A stretch of 64,000 nucleotides of DNA, taken from positions 886-64,885 of the forward strand of contig DAIUKO010000002.1 of NCBI GenBank assembly GCA_036848175.1, written 5' to 3'. This DNA is from Vicinamibacterales bacterium (lineage in GTDB: Bacteria; Acidobacteriota; Vicinamibacteria; Vicinamibacterales; CAVVIG01). The notes below the pieces were generated by a model that searched no databases, was not told where the DNA came from, and saw only the letters and a list, made by a program, of their open reading frames with translations. Shown piece after piece: positions 38,438 through 49,056 of the stretch (its first letter is position 1; each line of letters starts with the position of its first letter). A program made the position numbers and the translations under genes.

Positions 38438-40771
38438 ATGCCCGCCACCGTGACGCCGATCGCGCCGAAACGAACGGGCGGCCAGAGCCGGATCGAACCG
38501 GCGCCGCGCCGCCGTCCGTTCCGCGACAGCCCGAAGCTGATTCTGGCGGGCATCGCCGTCCTCGTCGGCGTCCTGATCGCGCTCGTCGCGATCGCGAACG
38601 GGACGTCGCGATTCTCGCCGGACTTCCTCAGCGAGTTCGTTCTCTACGCGCTGTCGGCCGCCGATCTGACGATGTTGGCCGCGCTGCTGTTCGTGCTGGC
38701 GCGGAACATCATCAAGCTGGTCGTCGAGCGGCGCAAAGCGCTGCCGTTCGCGCGCTTCCGCGCGAAGCTCGTGGCGCTGCTGCTCGCGATGACCTTCGTG
38801 CCGTCGGTCCTCGTGCTCATCGTCGGCAGCGAGATCATCCGGACGAGCGTAGACCGCTGGTTCAATACGCCGATGGACGAAATCCTGACCTCGGCGAACA
38901 AGATCGCCAGCGACTACTACCACGAGCGGCAGATGCTCGTGAGCGATCACGCCGCGCGCATCGCGCGAGGCCTCGGATCGGTCGACCTCTCCGGCGCGAA
39001 CGTGCGACCGATCCGCGATCTGCTCGCGCCCGACGTGACGCTGCAGCGCGTGCAGATGGTCGAGGTGTATCGCGTCACGCCGGCAACGAGATCGGAGACG
39101 CTGCCCAATGTCGAGCCGGTGGTCGACGTGGCCGCGCCGGCATTGCCGCGCGGCTACAGCCGCGCCGCCGCCGATCGGCTGGCGGCACAGGCACTCGCGA
39201 ACGCCTTGAACGCGTCCAACCCATCCGCCGGCGCGGCTGCCTCGACGCCCGTGGACACGAGCTCGGTCGAGTCGCTCGGGAGCTCCGGCGATTTGCTGCA
39301 CTCGGCGGCGGTCATCCGAAGCAAAGATGGCAGGCCGACGGGAGTGGTGGTGGCGACCGACTATCTGACCGGCGAACTGGCCGTCCGATCGCGGAGCATG
39401 AGCCAGGCGTTCGAGAAGTACAACCAGCTGCGTGTTCTGAAACGGCCGCTGGCCGGCGTGTATCTGTCGTTCTTCCTCGGCGTGACGCTGATGATTCTGG
39501 TCGGCGCGACGTGGATGGGTCTGTACATGGCCAAGCGGATCACCGGGCCGGTGCAGATGCTGGCCGCGGCGGCGCGCGAAATTGGCGCCGGACGCCTCGA
39601 TCAACGCCTCGAGCCGCAGAGCCACGACGAGTTCGGGTCGCTCGTCGAAGCGTTCAATTCGATGGCGAGCGAGCTGGCGAGCAGCCGCCGCAAGGTGGAA
39701 CGTTCGACCATCGAGCTGGAGCGGAAGCACGTTGAAGTCGAAGGACGCCGGCGCTACATCGAAACGATCCTCGAGCGCATTACGACCGGCGTCGTGTCGG
39801 TCGACGCCGGAGGAACGATCACCACGATCAACAGCGCGGCGGCGCGGCTGCTGACGCTGAACCGCGACATCATCGGCCAGCCGGCGTTTGCCGTGTTCGA
39901 TCGCATCGATCTCCAGCCGATCGCGAAGATCGTCGCCGATGCGGCCCACGCGAAGGTCGATCCGACGGCGCACGAAATCGCGATCGCCCGCGAAGGGCAG
40001 GAGCTGCACCTCGCCGTCGCCGCGACGGCGCTCGTCGGCGACAGCGGCGCCGCCGAAGGGGTCGTGCTCGTCCTCGACGATGTGACGCCGCTGATTCGCG
40101 CGCAGAAGGTGGCGGCGTGGCGCGAGGTGGCGCGCCGGCTCGCGCACGAAATCAAGAATCCGCTCACGCCGATTCAGCTGTCCGCCGAGCGGATGCGGCG
40201 CCATTTCGGCGGCGCGACGCCGCAGGCGCGGGCCTTCATCGATGAGTGCACGGACACGATCATCGGCGAGGTCGAATCGCTCAAGGGACTGGTCGACGAG
40301 TTCTCGCAGTTTGCCCGGATGCCGTCGCCGCGCACCGTGCCGAGCGACGTCGGCCAGCTGATCACGGACACGATCGCGCTCTACAACGGCCTGTTCACCG
40401 ATGTGAACATCGAACAGCGATTCGCGCCTGGCGTTCCGCTGGTGCGTCTCGATCCGGAACAGATCCGCCGCGTCATCATCAACCTCGTCGACAACGCCAT
40501 CGAAGCGATGGAGCGCCACGGCCACATCGTCGTCGAGACCCAGCTCGATGCGGCCAACAACCTCGTCCGCGTCGTCGTCGCCGACGATGGCCCGGGGATT
40601 CCGCCAGCTGAACGTGACAAGCTATTCCTGCCCTACTACTCGACCAAGCGGCGGGGGAGCGGGCTGGGCCTGGCGATCGTCCGCCGCATCATTGCCGAAC
40701 ATGGCGGTAGCATCGATGTCGGCGACAACACGCCGCGCGGGACACGGTTTACAATCGAGCTACCGTGTTGA
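38438..40771 (+). CDS. NtrY-like sensor histidine kinase (multi-TM, HAMP, PAS, HisKA, HATPase_c)
   Basis: 777 aa. H-box LAHEIKNPLTPIQLSAERM, N-box NLVDNAIEAM, and G-boxes DDGPGI and GSGLGLAIV. Confidence 0.85.
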   Translation: MPATVTPIAPKRTGGQSRIEPAPRRRPFRDSPKLILAGIAVLVGVLIALVAIANGTSRFSPDFLSEFVLYALSAADLTMLAALLFVLARNIIKLVVERRKALPFARFRAKLVALLLAMTFVPSVLVLIVGSEIIRTSVDRWFNTPMDEILTSANKIASDYYHERQMLVSDHAARIARGLGSVDLSGANVRPIRDLLAPDVTLQRVQMVEVYRVTPATRSETLPNVEPVVDVAAPALPRGYSRAAADRLAAQALANALNASNPSAGAAASTPVDTSSVESLGSSGDLLHSAAVIRSKDGRPTGVVVATDYLTGELAVRSRSMSQAFEKYNQLRVLKRPLAGVYLSFFLGVTLMILVGATWMGLYMAKRITGPVQMLAAAAREIGAGRLDQRLEPQSHDEFGSLVEAFNSMASELASSRRKVERSTIELERKHVEVEGRRRYIETILERITTGVVSVDAGGTITTINSAAARLLTLNRDIIGQPAFAVFDRIDLQPIAKIVADAAHAKVDPTAHEIAIAREGQELHLAVAATALVGDSGAAEGVVLVLDDVTPLIRAQKVAAWREVARRLAHEIKNPLTPIQLSAERMRRHFGGATPQARAFIDECTDTIIGEVESLKGLVDEFSQFARMPSPRTVPSDVGQLITDTIALYNGLFTDVNIEQRFAPGVPLVRLDPEQIRRVIINLVDNAIEAMERHGHIVVETQLDAANNLVRVVVADDGPGIPPAERDKLFLPYYSTKRRGSGLGLAIVRRIIAEHGGSIDVGDNTPRGTRFTIELPC

Positions 40772-40832
40772 GAGCGCCCGCGCGTCGCATCGTCGGTTTA
40801 CGCGGGTTCTGTGTGTCGATCCGTAAGCGACC

Positions 40833-42227
<1,395 letters not shown>

Positions 42228-43124
42228 TCAGAACGCGCTTCTCAGTTTGTTCTCCAACACCTGCTCGGGTTTGAAGCCCTCGATCTGCAAATAGAATTCG
42301 GCGGCGGCATTCAGCGCCGCCGACGGCACCAGCCCGACGATCTCGCTTTCCAGAATCGACACGCCGTAGCGCGCGGCCTCGCGCTTGACGGTCTCGAACA
42401 CGCGAAAGATCGGCGTCTTCTCGTAGTTGGTCAGATTCATCGACACCTGGACGATGCCGCGGTCCTCGAGCTTGAAGCCGGCGGCCTTCACGTAGCGGTA
42501 TCCGCCGCTGCTGTGGCGGATCGCCGCCGCGATTTTCTTGGCGACGTCGAGACGATCGGTCGCGAGGTTGATGTTGTAGGCGACGAGCGCCATCCGCGCG
42601 CCGATGACCGAGGCACCCGCGGACGGATGCGGCGACCTCGGACCGAAATCCGGCGCCCATTCGTCCATCGCCATTTTCGCGGCGAGCCCTTCGAACTCCC
42701 CGCGGCGGATGTCCTCGAGGTTCTTCCGTGCGGGGTTGGTCGACGCGTCCTCGTAGAGATAAACCGGAATCTTGAAACGATCGGCCACGGCCGCGCCGAC
42801 TTTCCTGGCCAGCGCCACACAGTCGGCGATGCTCACGCCCTCGATCGGCACGAACGGCACGACGTCGACGGCGCCCATCCGCGGATGTTCACCACGATGC
42901 GTGCGCAGATCGATCGCGGCCACGGCGCGCTCGAAGAGCGCCATCACGGCGTGCTCGACGCCGGCCGCGTCGCCGGCGAGCGTGAACACCGATCGGTTGT
43001 GCGCGGCATCGGATGAGAGGTCGAGAAGGCGGACGCCGGGTACTGCACGAATCGCGTTTGCCATCTCGGCAACGATCTCGGATCGCCGTCCTTCGCTGAC
43101 GTTTGGAATGCATTCGATCAGCAT
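42228..43124 (-). CDS. Glutamate formimidoyltransferase (FtcD N-terminal-type)
   Basis: MLIECIPNVSEGRR.. is the canonical family start (Met12 of the track ORF). The stop abuts the response-regulator stop (TGATCA). Confidence 0.85.
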   Translation of the reverse strand: MLIECIPNVSEGRRSEIVAEMANAIRAVPGVRLLDLSSDAAHNRSVFTLAGDAAGVEHAVMALFERAVAAIDLRTHRGEHPRMGAVDVVPFVPIEGVSIADCVALARKVGAAVADRFKIPVYLYEDASTNPARKNLEDIRRGEFEGLAAKMAMDEWAPDFGPRSPHPSAGASVIGARMALVAYNINLATDRLDVAKKIAAAIRHSSGGYRYVKAAGFKLEDRGIVQVSMNLTNYEKTPIFRVFETVKREAARYGVSILESEIVGLVPSAALNAAAEFYLQIEGFKPEQVLENKLRSAF

Positions 43125-43155
43125 CGGGCTGCAGTATAATCTGACGCGTTTCGAC

Positions 43156-44016
43156 ATGTCTGAGGCGCACCGCGGCGATGCCGCGCACGCGGGCGATCCG
43201 GCGCTGAACGCGGATCGCGACGCGAAGATCGAACAACTGCTGCTGGTCGGCCTCGACCATTACTTCGCCGCGCAGTACGACCAGGCGATCAACGTCTGGA
43301 CGCGCGCCCTGTTCCTCGATCGCAGTCATCCCCGCGCCCGCGCCTACATCGAACGCGCGCGCAGCGCCGTCGCCGAGCGTCAGCGTCAGTGCGAGGAGCT
43401 GCTGCACACGGGCGTGGAGGCGTTTCAGCGTGGAGAAGGCGACGAAGCGCGCCGCCTGCTGAAGGCCGCGATCGACGGCGGCGCGCCGCCGGACGAGGCG
43501 CTGGCGGTACTCGAGCGGCTCGATCGTCTGGAGACGGCGGCCACCTCAACCGTGCTGCCGCGCTCGCGTCAGGATTCGCCGCCGGCTCCGCGTCGTGCGG
43601 CAACACGATCCCGATCCCGGCTCGGGATCGCCGCGACGATGGTGATCGTCACTTCTGCCCTGGCGCTGGGTGGGTACGCCGCGATGCCGAGGATTGACGC
43701 GGTATGGCGATCGTGGCTGGCGCAGCAGACCATCACGCCGGCGAATTCGCCGCCGCCGGTCGTGCGGGAACAACTGCTGGAGATTCCGCGACGCGGCGAG
43801 ATGGCGCTGGCGCGCGCGCGCACGCTCGCCGCCGGCGGCCATTTGAACGATGCGCTCACGACGCTCGATCTGGTGCGGCCCACCGACCCGCAGCGGGCGG
43901 ACGCTGACGCGCTTCGCGCCGACATTCAGCGGCAATTGCTCGCGCTCGTGCCGATGCCGGCGCAGCCGCCGATCGATCGCGACAAGGGGCCGAAAGGAGA
44001 GAGTCGCGTGCCATGA
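43156..44016 (+). CDS. Hypothetical membrane-anchored protein with TPR-like N-terminal region
   Basis: 287 aa from ATG 43156, with TATAAT at 43135-43140. It has one TM helix (GIAATMVIVTSALALGGYAAM). The track extension to 42772 is antisense to the ftcD-like gene. Confidence 0.55.
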   Translation: MSEAHRGDAAHAGDPALNADRDAKIEQLLLVGLDHYFAAQYDQAINVWTRALFLDRSHPRARAYIERARSAVAERQRQCEELLHTGVEAFQRGEGDEARRLLKAAIDGGAPPDEALAVLERLDRLETAATSTVLPRSRQDSPPAPRRAATRSRSRLGIAATMVIVTSALALGGYAAMPRIDAVWRSWLAQQTITPANSPPPVVREQLLEIPRRGEMALARARTLAAGGHLNDALTTLDLVRPTDPQRADADALRADIQRQLLALVPMPAQPPIDRDKGPKGESRVP

Positions 44017-44900
44017 AATGCCCCAAGTGCGGCTATCTCGGATTCGAGCACGTCGACCGCTGCCGCAATTGTGGATACGATTTTTCGCTGACGGCGCCCG
44101 CCACTCCCGATCTGTCGATTCACCGCGATACCGGCTTCGATCAGTCGATCGCCGATCTCTCGCTGGGTTCTCCAGAGTCGGCGAACGATGCGTCGGTCGA
44201 GCCGGACCTCGATGGCGTGCTCGGCGCGCCGGTGACAGCACACGCCGGCAAGCCTCCGTATTCAACCGCGGGCGAGCTGCCGCTCTTCGGCGCGCCGATC
44301 GAGGGCGACGAGCCGCTCATCACCAAACCGTCGCCGCCGCGAGCGCCGCTGGCGGTGAGGCGCGCGACCCCGGAAGTCGCGCGCGTTCGCGCCGAGCTCT
44401 CGCGGCCGCCGTCACTGGATCTCTCGCTCGATTCCGAGCCCACTGAAGTTCAGAGCGATTCGTGGCAGCCGAGTCAGGCCGGTGAGACGGCAGAAGACGC
44501 CACCGTGAGTGCGCGTGTCATCGCCGTCGTCATCGACCTGATCATCCTCGCCATCATCGACGCCGTCGTGATCTACCTGACGATTAAGATCTGCGACATC
44601 ACGCTGAACGAGATCGGCATCCTGCCCAAGGCGCCGCTCATCGCATTCCTGCTCGTGCAGAACGGCGGGTATCTCGTTGCGTTCACCGCGGGCGGTCAGA
44701 CGCTCGGCAAGATGGCGGCGGGAATTCGCGTCGTGTCGGCCGACGCCGACGGCACGCTCGACGTGAGCCGCGCGTTCGTCCGCACGCTCGTGTGGCTGCT
44801 GCTCGCCGTGCCCGCCGGCCTCGGCTTCCTGACTGCGCTCTTCAGCCGCGATCATCGCGGCCTCCACGACCGCTTCGCCGGCACGCGCGTCATCCGGTGA
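44013..44900 (+). CDS. RDD family membrane protein with N-terminal zinc ribbon
   Basis: MKCPKCGYLGFEHVDRCRNCGYDF (CxxC..CxxC), and a C-terminal RDD domain ending HRGLHDRFAGTRVIR. ATGA overlap with the upstream gene. Confidence 0.8.
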   Translation: MKCPKCGYLGFEHVDRCRNCGYDFSLTAPATPDLSIHRDTGFDQSIADLSLGSPESANDASVEPDLDGVLGAPVTAHAGKPPYSTAGELPLFGAPIEGDEPLITKPSPPRAPLAVRRATPEVARVRAELSRPPSLDLSLDSEPTEVQSDSWQPSQAGETAEDATVSARVIAVVIDLIILAIIDAVVIYLTIKICDITLNEIGILPKAPLIAFLLVQNGGYLVAFTAGGQTLGKMAAGIRVVSADADGTLDVSRAFVRTLVWLLLAVPAGLGFLTALFSRDHRGLHDRFAGTRVIR

Positions 44901-44908
44901 AACCCGAC

Positions 44909-44996
44909 GGGATTCGGGATTCGGGATTTGGGATTGGTGGGGATTCGCGGTTCGTGACTCGAATCCCGGGCGATCAAATCCCGAATCGCAAATCCC
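44909..44996. repeat. Palindromic heptamer-repeat element B (GGGATTY units), nested hairpins
   Basis: gggattc gggattc gggattt gggattg (44909-44936). The inner stem is gggattcg (44940-47) with cgaatccc (44960-67). The outer 13-bp inverted repeat is gattcgggatttg (44918-30) with caaatcccgaatc (44975-87). Confidence 0.8.
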
Positions 44997-45022
44997 ACAT
45001 CCCCGCTCTGGCGATCGCCACC

Positions 45023-45451
45023 GTGTTCGGTGTTGGCTATGCGCCGTTTGCTCCCGGCACGTTCGGATCGGCCGCGGGCCTCGTCGCCTGGTGGCTCGTT
45101 CCCGCGTCGGCAATCGCGCAGGGCCTGGCGATCGTCGCCATCTTCGCGATCGGTTCGTGGTCCGGCGGGATTGCCGAACGCCACTTTGGCCGCACCGATC
45201 CGGGACACGTCGTCATCGACGAGGTGATGGGCATGCTCATCACGTTATTCCTGAATCCCGTCGGTTGGTTGGGCGCGCTCGCCGGATTCCTGCTGTTCCG
45301 CCTGTTCGACGTGATCAAGCCGTGGCCATCGAACCGCCTCGAGCAGCTGCACGGCGGCATCGGCGTGATGGCAGACGACGGCATGGCGGCGATTTACGCC
45401 AACCTTGCGCTCCGCGCCGGTATCTGGCTCGCCAATCGTCTCGTTCAATGA
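45023..45451 (+). CDS. pgpA: Phosphatidylglycerophosphatase A
   Basis: FGVGYAPFAPGTFGSAAGL.. and ..DVIKPWP..MADDGMAAIY motifs. The start is uncertain. GTG 45023 is the first canonical start near the conserved core, GTG 44954 would read through repeat B, and CTG 45008 or ATC 44999 would fit homolog lengths better. Confidence 0.8.
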   Translation: MFGVGYAPFAPGTFGSAAGLVAWWLVPASAIAQGLAIVAIFAIGSWSGGIAERHFGRTDPGHVVIDEVMGMLITLFLNPVGWLGALAGFLLFRLFDVIKPWPSNRLEQLHGGIGVMADDGMAAIYANLALRAGIWLANRLVQ

Positions 45452-46704
45452 AAGCCTGCATCCTCGCCGTTGGCAGCGAAATGCTGACGCCGTTTCGCGT
45501 CGACACGAATTCGCTCTTCATCACGGAGCGCCTGAACACCATCGGCTATGACGTGCGTCTGAAAGCCGTCATCGGCGACGATGTCGACGAGCTCGCCGAC
45601 GTCATCGAGAGCGCGCTCGACTGGGCGGATCTCATCGTGACGAGCGGCGGGCTCGGTCCGACCGAAGACGACATCACGCGCGACGCGGTGGCGCGGGTTC
45701 TGGACGTGTCGATGGACGTGGACGAGCGGATCGTCGATCGAATTCGCGAGCGGTTCGCGCGGCGCAATCTGGCGATGCCGGCGATCAACCGGCGTCAAGG
45801 CATGGTGCCGCGGGGCGCGACGGTGATCGACAACCCGAACGGCACTGCGCCCGGTCTCTGGATCGAGCACGGCCGCACGGCGATCGTGATGCTGCCCGGC
45901 CCGCCTCGCGAGCTGAAGCCGATGTTCGAGGCGCTCGTGCGCGACCGCCTCGCCGTCAACGCTGCCGGCGCAGCTCTTTTCCGCCGCGTGTTGAAGATCA
46001 CCGGTCGAACCGAGTCAGACGTCGATGCGCACGTGCAGCCGATTTACGGCCAGTGGACGGCGCAACAGATTCCCATCAGCACGACGATCCTCGCCGTGCT
46101 CGGTCAAATCGAGCTGCATCTCACGGCTCGAGCGGCCGGTCAGGCCGAAGCGGACACGGCGCTCGACTCGGCCGTGCGGCAGCTCGAAGAGGCGCTGGCG
46201 CCTGCCGTCTACAGCACCGACGGACGTCCCCTCGAACACGTGATCGGCGATCTACTTCGCGAGAAGAAATTGACGATTGCGGTCGCCGAATCGTGTACCG
46301 GCGGACTTCTGGCGTCGCGGTTGACGGACGTGCCGGGCAGCTCCGACTACGTCGAGCGCGGCGTCGTGTGCTACAGCAATCGGTCGAAGATCGAGATGGT
46401 CGGAGTGCCGGAGGCGCTGATTCAGCAGCACGGCGCCGTCAGCGAGCCCGTCGCGGAAGCAATGGCATCCGGCATTCGCGAGCGCGCGCGCACGAACATC
46501 GGCATCGGAATCACCGGCATCGCCGGGCCGGGCGGCGGCACGCCGGAGAAACCGGTCGGCACGGTGTGCATCGCCGTCGTCGTCGACGATCGGACGCGAG
46601 TCCGCACGTTCCCGTTCTTCGGCGGCCGTGAGATGGTGAAGTTTCAAGCCACGCAGGCCGCGATGAACATGTTGCGGTTGCTGTTGATCAAAGGGGCGGC
46701 CTGA
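45448..46704 (+). CDS. cinA: CinA family protein (competence/damage-inducible; nicotinamide-nucleotide amidohydrolase PncC domain)
   Basis: MKACILAVGSEMLTPFRVDTNSLFITERL..TSGGLGPTEDDITR (MoCF-binding domain) plus a C-terminal CinA/PncC domain (ESCTGGLLASRLTDVPGSS). ATGA overlap with pgpA. Confidence 0.92.
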   Translation: MKACILAVGSEMLTPFRVDTNSLFITERLNTIGYDVRLKAVIGDDVDELADVIESALDWADLIVTSGGLGPTEDDITRDAVARVLDVSMDVDERIVDRIRERFARRNLAMPAINRRQGMVPRGATVIDNPNGTAPGLWIEHGRTAIVMLPGPPRELKPMFEALVRDRLAVNAAGAALFRRVLKITGRTESDVDAHVQPIYGQWTAQQIPISTTILAVLGQIELHLTARAAGQAEADTALDSAVRQLEEALAPAVYSTDGRPLEHVIGDLLREKKLTIAVAESCTGGLLASRLTDVPGSSDYVERGVVCYSNRSKIEMVGVPEALIQQHGAVSEPVAEAMASGIRERARTNIGIGITGIAGPGGGTPEKPVGTVCIAVVVDDRTRVRTFPFFGGREMVKFQATQAAMNMLRLLLIKGAA

Positions 46705-46714
46705 AGGCCGTCCC
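46693..46714. other. GC-rich hairpin over cinA stop (ggggcggcc-tgaa-ggccgtccc)
   Basis: 9-bp stem including one G.U pair, with no U-tract. Confidence 0.4.
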
Positions 46715-46767
46715 CGACGTCATGTGTAGCGGTACGTGTAGAGGAGGCCCTTCAAGGCGTCCCTCAT

Positions 46768-47346
46768 ATGCGCCTGTTCATCGCGATCGATCTGGACGAC
46801 GAAGCGCGTGCGGCGATCGCCGATGAGCAGCGGCGCATGAAGGCCGCGTTCGACGCCTCACGGTCGTCGATCAAATGGGTGCGTCCCGATCACATGCACC
46901 TCACGCTTGTGTTTCTCGGCGAGGTCCAGGAGACGCGCGCGCCGGCGATTATCGACGCCATGAGCCAGCCTGTCGTGCAGGCGCCCTTCGATCTCGCTTT
47001 CGCCGGCATCGGTCTGTTTCCACCGCGCGGCGCGCCGAACGTGTTGTGGGTCGGCGCCGCGGCGGGCGAGGCCGACAGCATCGAGCTGCAGCGTGAACTG
47101 GCCGACCGCCTGCTGCGGCTTGGCATCGCGCTCGAACAGCGGCCGTTCCATCCGCATCTCACGCTCGCCCGGTGGAAGACGTCGCGCGGCGCCGATCGGT
47201 CGCGGGCGCTCGCGGCCGGCCGCGACGGGGCGATCGCAAGGGTCCACGTCGATCACGCGACCCTGTATCAGAGTCGCCTGTCGGCAGCCGGACCGACGTA
47301 CACAGCGCTGGCGCGTGCTACGCTCTCAGCGTCACGGCGGCCCTGA
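46768..47346 (+). CDS. thpR: RNA 2',3'-cyclic phosphodiesterase (2H family, ThpR/LigT)
   Basis: Two HxT/S motifs (HMHLTLVFLG and HPHLTLARW), 192 aa. Confidence 0.88.
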   Translation: MRLFIAIDLDDEARAAIADEQRRMKAAFDASRSSIKWVRPDHMHLTLVFLGEVQETRAPAIIDAMSQPVVQAPFDLAFAGIGLFPPRGAPNVLWVGAAAGEADSIELQRELADRLLRLGIALEQRPFHPHLTLARWKTSRGADRSRALAAGRDGAIARVHVDHATLYQSRLSAAGPTYTALARATLSASRRP

Positions 47347-47402
47347 CTGGGCCGCCCGACGAGCGAAATCAAAGGAGCCACGGGCAACAGCCTCACTCGC
47401 AG

Positions 47403-47423
47403 GGCGGCCCTTTCAGGGCCGCC
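47403..47423. other. GC-rich hairpin GGCGGCCC-tttca-GGGCCGCC (alternative partner GGGCCGCCC at 47349-47357)
   Basis: Perfect 8-bp stem, 17 nt upstream of plsY. The left arm is also perfectly complementary (9 nt) to 47349-47357. Confidence 0.5.
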
Positions 47424-47439
47424 GTCTCGAACGGGACGC

Positions 47440-48024
47440 ATGGGATTCCTGATTCTGGCGGCGTACTTGATCGGGTCGATTCCCTTCGCGCTGCTGCTCG
47501 CGCGGCGATGGGGCGCGAGCGATCTCCGCCGCGTGGGCAGCGGCAATCTCGGCGCGGCCAACGTGATGCGGACGAGCGGCATCACCGCCGGCATCCTGGT
47601 GGCGATTCTCGACATCACCAAAGGCGCGGCCAGCGTCATGCTCGCGGCCCGTTTGAGCGGCAACGCCGCCGCGCCGGCGGCGGCAGGACTGGCCGCGATC
47701 GTCGGCCACATCTATCCGATCTGGCTGCGCTTTCGCGGCGGCAAAGGCGTCGCCACGGCGTGCGGCGTCTTTTCGGTCCTCACGCCGCTGGCGATTCCAC
47801 CGGCGCTCGCCATCTTCCTGATCACCGTCACGCTGACGAAGTACATCTCCCTCGGATCGCTTCTCGCGACGATCGCGCTGCCGCCGATCGCCTATGCGCT
47901 CGGCAGCGAGGCCGCGGCTGTCGTCGCGGCATGTCTCGCGGCCACGATCATCGTCTTCCGGCATCGATCGAACCTCGTCCGGCTGCGCATGGGCACCGAG
48001 CGCCGGCTCGGAGCGCGTGTGTGA
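47440..48024 (+). CDS. plsY: Glycerol-3-phosphate acyltransferase PlsY
   Basis: MGFLILAAYLIGSIPFALLLARRWG..GSGNLGAANVMRT..FRGGKGVAT motifs. Confidence 0.93.
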   Translation: MGFLILAAYLIGSIPFALLLARRWGASDLRRVGSGNLGAANVMRTSGITAGILVAILDITKGAASVMLAARLSGNAAAPAAAGLAAIVGHIYPIWLRFRGGKGVATACGVFSVLTPLAIPPALAIFLITVTLTKYISLGSLLATIALPPIAYALGSEAAAVVAACLAATIIVFRHRSNLVRLRMGTERRLGARV

Positions 48025-49046
48025 TCGACGAGAGAGTCGACGCCTTGCGTGCGGTGACCATCCTCGGCGCCGGCAGTTGGGGAACCGCGCTGGCCGTTCA
48101 TCTCGGACGCGTCGGCCACGACGTCCGGCTGTGGGCGCGCGACGAGGTGCTGGCGCGTGAGATGGAGACGCGTCGGGCGAATGCGATCTATTTGCCGAAC
48201 GTCACGTTGCCGCCAAGCGTGTCGGTGACGCCGTCGATCGCCGATGCCCTGCGAGCAACGGGGCTCGTCGTTGTCGCGATTCCATCCCACGGCTGCCGCG
48301 CCGTGATCACTGCCGCGGCGCCGCACATCGCCGCAGGCGCGGTGCTCGTCAGCTCGACGAAAGGACTCGAGGCCGAGACGCTGCGTCGGATGTCCGAGGT
48401 CATCGCCGAGGAGGCGGGGCCGTCTCACCCGGTTGTCGTGCTGTCGGGGCCGAGCTTTGCCGCTGAAGTCGCACAGCAACTGCCGACGGCGGTGCTGGCC
48501 GCGTCATCCGACGCCCAGGCGATGGCGCTGGTGCAGGCCGAGTTTCGCGGCCCGTACTTTCGCCTCTACGGCAGCGACGACGTGATCGGCGTCGAGATCG
48601 GCGGCGCGCTCAAGAACATCATCGCGATTGCCGCCGGCGTCGTCGAAGGCCTCGGTCTCGGTCACAACGCGCTGGCGGCGCTCATCACCCGTGGTCTCGC
48701 CGAGCTCACGCGGCTCGCGTGCGCGGCCGGCGGCCGGCGCGAAACGCTCGCGGGATTGAGCGGGCTCGGCGATCTCGTGCTCACGTGTACCGGTAATCTG
48801 AGCCGGAACCGGCACGTCGGCATCGAGCTGGCCCGCGGCCGTCGTCTCGCCGACATCCTGGCGGGCATGAAAATGATCGCCGAAGGTGTGCGGACCACGG
48901 GCGCCGCGCTCGCACTCGGCGAGCGCTACGGCGTAGAGCTCCCGATCGCGACGCAAATGGGCGAGGTGCTGGCCGGCCGCGTCGACGTGCGCACGGCCAT
49001 CGAAACGCTGATGCTGCGGCGCCAGCGGGCCGAGCATGAAGTGTAA
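48021..49046 (+). CDS. gpsA: NAD(P)H-dependent glycerol-3-phosphate dehydrogenase
   Basis: Rossmann fold VTILGAGSWGTALAVHL, plus GALKNIIAIAAG and GDLVLTCTG. GTG 48021 overlaps the plsY stop (GTGA). The track N-terminal extension is out of context. Confidence 0.93.
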   Translation: MIDERVDALRAVTILGAGSWGTALAVHLGRVGHDVRLWARDEVLAREMETRRANAIYLPNVTLPPSVSVTPSIADALRATGLVVVAIPSHGCRAVITAAAPHIAAGAVLVSSTKGLEAETLRRMSEVIAEEAGPSHPVVVLSGPSFAAEVAQQLPTAVLAASSDAQAMALVQAEFRGPYFRLYGSDDVIGVEIGGALKNIIAIAAGVVEGLGLGHNALAALITRGLAELTRLACAAGGRRETLAGLSGLGDLVLTCTGNLSRNRHVGIELARGRRLADILAGMKMIAEGVRTTGAALALGERYGVELPIATQMGEVLAGRVDVRTAIETLMLRRQRAEHEV

Positions 49047-49056
49047 GATCGGCCGA

